64,000 bases of DNA from NCBI RefSeq assembly GCF_964355755.1, contig NC_092676.1, positions 15,456,871 to 15,520,870 of the forward strand. Direction: 5' to 3'. The position numbers were made by a program, and so were the translations under genes. This document shows, piece after piece, positions 58,881-64,000 of the stretch (position 1 is its first letter; each line of letters starts with the position of its first letter). This DNA is from Antedon mediterranea (Eukaryota; Animalia; Echinodermata). Below the pieces are notes generated by a model. It searched no databases, had not been told where the DNA came from, and was given only the letters and a program-made list of their open reading frames with translations.

Positions 58881-61800
58881 CAGAAAACTTGTTTTTAACT
58901 ATCATCCGTGCATTGCTGTAGGTGAAATTCTGTTCTTATTAACTTGGGATGCTATGAATAAATATAACTTCAAATGCCAGACACTAATGTGTCAACTGTG
59001 CGTTTCTATTTTACCGGAAATGCGTTCGCCTCCATGCCTCTTTGTCGTCTTTTCTCGTACTTTCGCCGAGTACATGTGACGATCAATCAATCAAGTATCC
59101 ATCTGTGCTGTCAGATATTCATCCTAATCTAGCCATATCACTTTCTAATTTGCTCACCTATCGTGCTATTGATCGATTAGACGACGGTGTGCCTAATTGC
59201 GTCACATTCGTGCTTATTTTTGTTGATGCCTACAAAGATTGTCAAATGAATGTAGGCCTAGCCTATGTAACAGAAAATTCAAATAATATTTATTTTAGTG
59301 TTAAATATTATTACTAGCTAGGCCTTTATTATTTTTAGTTCTATCGAAAAAAGTCAACAATCACGTGCTTTTAAGTTTTACTGAAGACAGTTAGAGAGGG
59401 CGCTAAATTAAAATTATTATTGATTATTTAGCCGAGTCTTAAGGACGATAAAATAGATTTGAATTGATACTTGATTGATTGTCACCGGGAACAAACTGAC
59501 ACTGAGGTTATTATTCTTTGATGCCCTGACACCAAACCCGAGTTCCACTAAGGAAATGGGTGCGTTAAAACTTTTCAACATAATAATGGATTCATTGTTG
59601 TTCAATCTTTCAACATTGGTGTATACCAAATGGGTAGTAGTGAAATACCGCCAGGTAGCATTTATGATCTCGCCAATATAATATCTCGGTGCGTTGGGAA
59701 GGGAGCACTCGAACTATAGGCTACTATGCGGTTAGAACAAAAGTAGGTACAACAACCAATGGAATTATTTGCGGAAAGATCGTACCTTTTATATTTAGGG
59801 AAAAATCATGTACTATACTGCTGTACGATATATGGAATGTTAAAAGAAGGTTCATTAACCAATAAGCTAGATAAACTATAAATACTGACATAAGAAATCC
59901 ATGTCACAATTTATCACTAGCGTATGTCATGTTATCTAAAATTAATCTACCATATATCTTTGGTTATTAACGTTTGATATTTTTGGATATATAAAATATG
60001 AATCGATCGTTGCATTCGACATTCTACACTTATTTGGGTGAAGACGACATCGTTTGTATAAGAAAACTGTCACAACTATTGGTAAAAGGATGTGGATTAT
60101 GTTCCAATCACCTTCTGATAGACATAATCTTCACATATTCAATGGTTTAACACAGTGGTATCTAAGCTGGAATCCGAAAAGGAAGGGTGACATTCTAAAG
60201 CAATTTTCAGATCAAATCATCATCAAATAAGAAAACGAGTCTACCTGACCAGTGAAATCTTCCGTTAAAAAAAAACATTGAATGTCAATAGTTTTATGAT
60301 TTTTGAATGTCCAAATTTAAACATCCTTTAACCAATTCAAATAGTTCGTAAACATTTCTCATTCATTATAATAGCTTGCAACTATGCGTAACGTGAATTG
60401 TTATTCCTTCAATACCCGAAGCGAGGACTATCTTTTAATTTAAATATTTATGATTGAACATTAAATATTCAAAATGGACTATTTATTACGCAATGATTTA
60501 TGAGTACCTCAATAAACAATGTCAGGAAATATCCAATACAAATAATTTTATATCATAATCAAGAATATAGAAAATTGTATTTTGAAAAATTGCATCAGCG
60601 CATGGCAATTGAAATCACCAGAGGGACTTCCATTAACAGATATCGGCCACATCGTTTACATGTTATTCATGTGTTTGATATGAAAACCGTCTACCTTAGT
60701 AATTATAGTGGTTTTTTGTCACTTTCAATAGAAAATAATGTAATTGATTTTAGTGTCCAATACTCGAATGGTGAATGTCTTATTAAAATCAGTACTGTAT
60801 GTGTGTGTTCGTTTACTTTAATCATCAATGCCGCAAGTCACAGAAGTTACCGTTTCACTACTGTATCCGACATTCGTGACTTTTTTTGGAAGATCAAGAA
60901 TGAAGCTGGCAGTGCCGTTAAAATATTATGTAAAATACGCTGCTAATGCCGTTACGCATAGGCCTAGTTCTTTGGATTTTCTTCATTCATTCAAACGGAT
61001 ATGTTTAATTTCCCTATTGAATAATGTTAATAATATGTTTTAAGAATAAATATACTATATAATAATATAATATTTATAATAACGTACTGCAGCCAAACAT
61101 GACAAGATACGTACTTTTACATTTCATTTTCTTGGCGTATAAACATTATCATGTCTAATATTATTTCATAACATTAAGATGAATATAGGCTTGATTTGAC
61201 TAAAATACCGATTCCGTATTTGTCGTATGCCACATTCCTTACGTCGTAGTGATCTATCATTTTGTAAACCACCTTTCTAAGCCAGTTCCCAACAGCTCTA
61301 TCTAAATTACTACAGATTCTACAATTTTAATTCTTTCATGTGCTATTTTACCAAGAGTGATTAGAATGTAGTGTTCATTCATGACTCATTTTTCTGTCGT
61401 CACATAGTGTGCTCTTCAAAAATGCACCCTTGCACACTGTATTTCTCGTCGTCCAATGTAATTGCTGTTAGCCCTAAATACAATTACAACTTTTATAGGC
61501 CAACAGTAGGCCTACCGTACATTAATTTCTGCTGACTACAACCTTTCTAATCTAAATTCACCCATGGTCAATGTGTCTTTGTCATTTCAGGCCTTTCTGT
61601 GTTTATACCAATACTTAATTCAACAAGTTAATTCTGATTGTTTCGTATCTTTTACAAATCTTATTTTTTTGTCTAGTCTATTGCTAAATTGCTTTCTAAG
61701 TCTGATCAATTATTTATAGCACGCCACCTTTTGTACGCTTAGTATGTGGCTCTCGACCATAATTATATTTTAATAAATAAGGTATATCAAACGCACAAAC

Positions 61801-64000
61801 TGCAGCAAAATGCTATACTTTGAATAAGGTAAAACAGATAAGTATACTTGGCCGTCGCTTCTATGTCAATCTTCATTTGTGATGCACGGCTAAGGTTTTA
61901 CTTTACATATTTTTTTGCAAATTCAAAGTTATTTAAGCAAGTAGACCTACAGTTTACTATCTTTATAAGTTAAAGTTATCATTATCAATAGTTCGGTCAA
62001 GCAGTAAAAGAAAAATAAATAAACACAGTCATTGGTATTTCAATACGTGATAAGCTGTATTTCCCGTAGCCTACACGGTTAGGCCCTAATCATAACTAGA
62101 AGAAATTATACTTACTTAACATATAGAGAAATGGCTAACTAGACTTCTAAACTGAATTGGGTAACGATCATAACGACCCGTTTGTTTTATGCACTAAACA
62201 GTGTTTGCAAAGCTAATGATCTCTGGCACATTTATATATTAAACGTTAAATTAAATAAAAAACTTACTATGGCAAATTAGATTTTGAGAAAAGAAACAAC
62301 GGAAATTATATATGGCCATGTTGTTTGCGAGATATTAGGGTTTGGTCTAGTCTCACGACACTGAGTGCATACTAGCAAGGATAACTTCACTGTGCACTGT
62401 ACAGTACAACCCAAAGGTTACACGATAGCACTATCTATGTCATTTGTTTTTTCAGTATACTTAGATATATCTTACATAGATATTTTGTGAAAATATAGGC
62501 CTATTAAACATGATGAGCATGAAGCGAAGAAGATTACTACTGTCTATTGATAATATTAAAGTCGTTGTTATTGGCATGTTATAGATTATTCCAAACACAA
62601 GTGAGAACTGTTCTGCACAACTGCGTTTTCATGTTGAAGCGAACAATTTTCCACTGGGTATTCCGTTTACAATTAAAGTTGCACGGTTGGCTAGGAAATG
62701 TATCCATCCTGCATATTTTAGGTCACTAGTTCGGTCCTCTGGAGGATCATAATTGTTTTATTCTTAATCTGATTTCATATTTTTATTTATTGTTGGCGGC
62801 AATTTCTTTTATGTTTTTTTTTTCTGATAATGATGAATCACATGTATCAACACATACCGTAGATACATAAACATATCATTATACATATATCACTATTATA
62901 AAATATCTATCCATGGACAACAAGCAAAGGTTAATATTAGATTATTCAAATTAATAATGCGCTTTGCTAATTAATTTAATTTCTTTTGTTTTTTTTTTAT
63001 TTTACTACTGGTAACTCGTCAAAATTCCACATTAAATGTTGTTGGTCTAAACAATTACATCCTATATTAACTAAGATATACTGACTCTCTAAAACATCAT
63101 CTTCCTTCAGGTCATGATCATATTACATTCGTAAAATGCCACGTGCATTCGATATTAACAACTTGTACTGATCATAATTCTTGATTCTTTGTTTTATGAT
63201 ACGGCCATGTTTCGTTGAGAAATTTTCGTGCACCACCGGTTTCCAGTTCAGCTTAAGTACCTTCCATTTACCCACTGGCAACAATCTGTAGTACCATGAA
63301 GGTTCGAGTAGTAGCACCTAATACATGAGAACGACAGTTCTGCTAGCTGTTTAGCAACCACACGTATAGCATTATAATGCTTTATTATGCAGTTATTAGT
63401 TATGCCAACATGTTACTTTTTTGGTTAGTGGCAAGTAGTTTTTAATAATCCATGATGCTCTATTTAATATTACGTACAAGGATGGACGGGCCTCAGGAAA
63501 TACAGAAACAATTTAATCTATTCTTAAGTCAATTCTTAAACAATAAAGATGACAATAATTGTGAGGAGTTCCATATTTTAACAGATATTAAAACCTAGAA
63601 TTGTAATGCCATTCTGCATGATTCGGTGATATCTTGTGAATATCCACAGTAGACACAGGACTAATAAATCTAACTTACTGTTATATTTGTAGTTTTAATG
63701 TATAGAATTGATGATTAATATTGTTTTATAAGATTTCTCTGACATTATAATTAGAAAAGTGCACTGTATTTGCCATTTCTAAAATTAACCGACACCTTCA
63801 GAGAGTAGACATATTATGTGTCAAAATTATTCATTGAACCAGCCGGATAAAAAGCTTGCTGAGCAATTCCAACTGACATGTTTGCATTACTTTGTTCGAA
63901 AAACACAGTGTTGGAGTATATCAAACTTTAATCTAACATGAATAAGCGCCTTCAAATATTGACAGCGCATAGGTTACAGCGTGTTCATTAAATATTTGCC

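Noticed and set aside
60500-60946. 148-aa ORF
   Set aside because: No recognisable motif or splice context; likely a chance ORF in AT-rich DNA.

Overview
AT-rich, intron-containing invertebrate animal DNA (echinoderm-like is a guess), not prokaryotic; most short ORFs in the track are noise. Two convergent host genes can be assembled by hand from GT-AG exons: an FKBP4/FKBP5-type immunophilin (+, 9 coding exons, 1851-19819, 480 aa) and a vesicular glutamate transporter (SLC17A6/7/8-like; -, 11 exons seen, 58092-26315, start exon not located). The standout is an apparently intact 5,299-bp Kolobok-type DNA transposon (33931-39229, TTAA duplication, 26-bp TIRs) in a VGLUT intron. It carries a 7-exon, 741-aa THAP + DDE transposase and, convergently, a 178-aa accessory gene resembling a stand-alone copy of the Zn/GDP-binding cytoplasmic 'ballast' domain of the vertebrate P2X7 receptor. 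The introns also hold a decayed Sola3 transposon with nested MITEs, a doubly deleted LINE, Penelope-type hammerhead ribozymes, 35-41-bp P-like mini-elements, several minisatellites and a MITE hotspot inside a 42-bp satellite. All coordinates were read by eye and may be off by a few bases; family assignments come from remembered motifs, not database searches.
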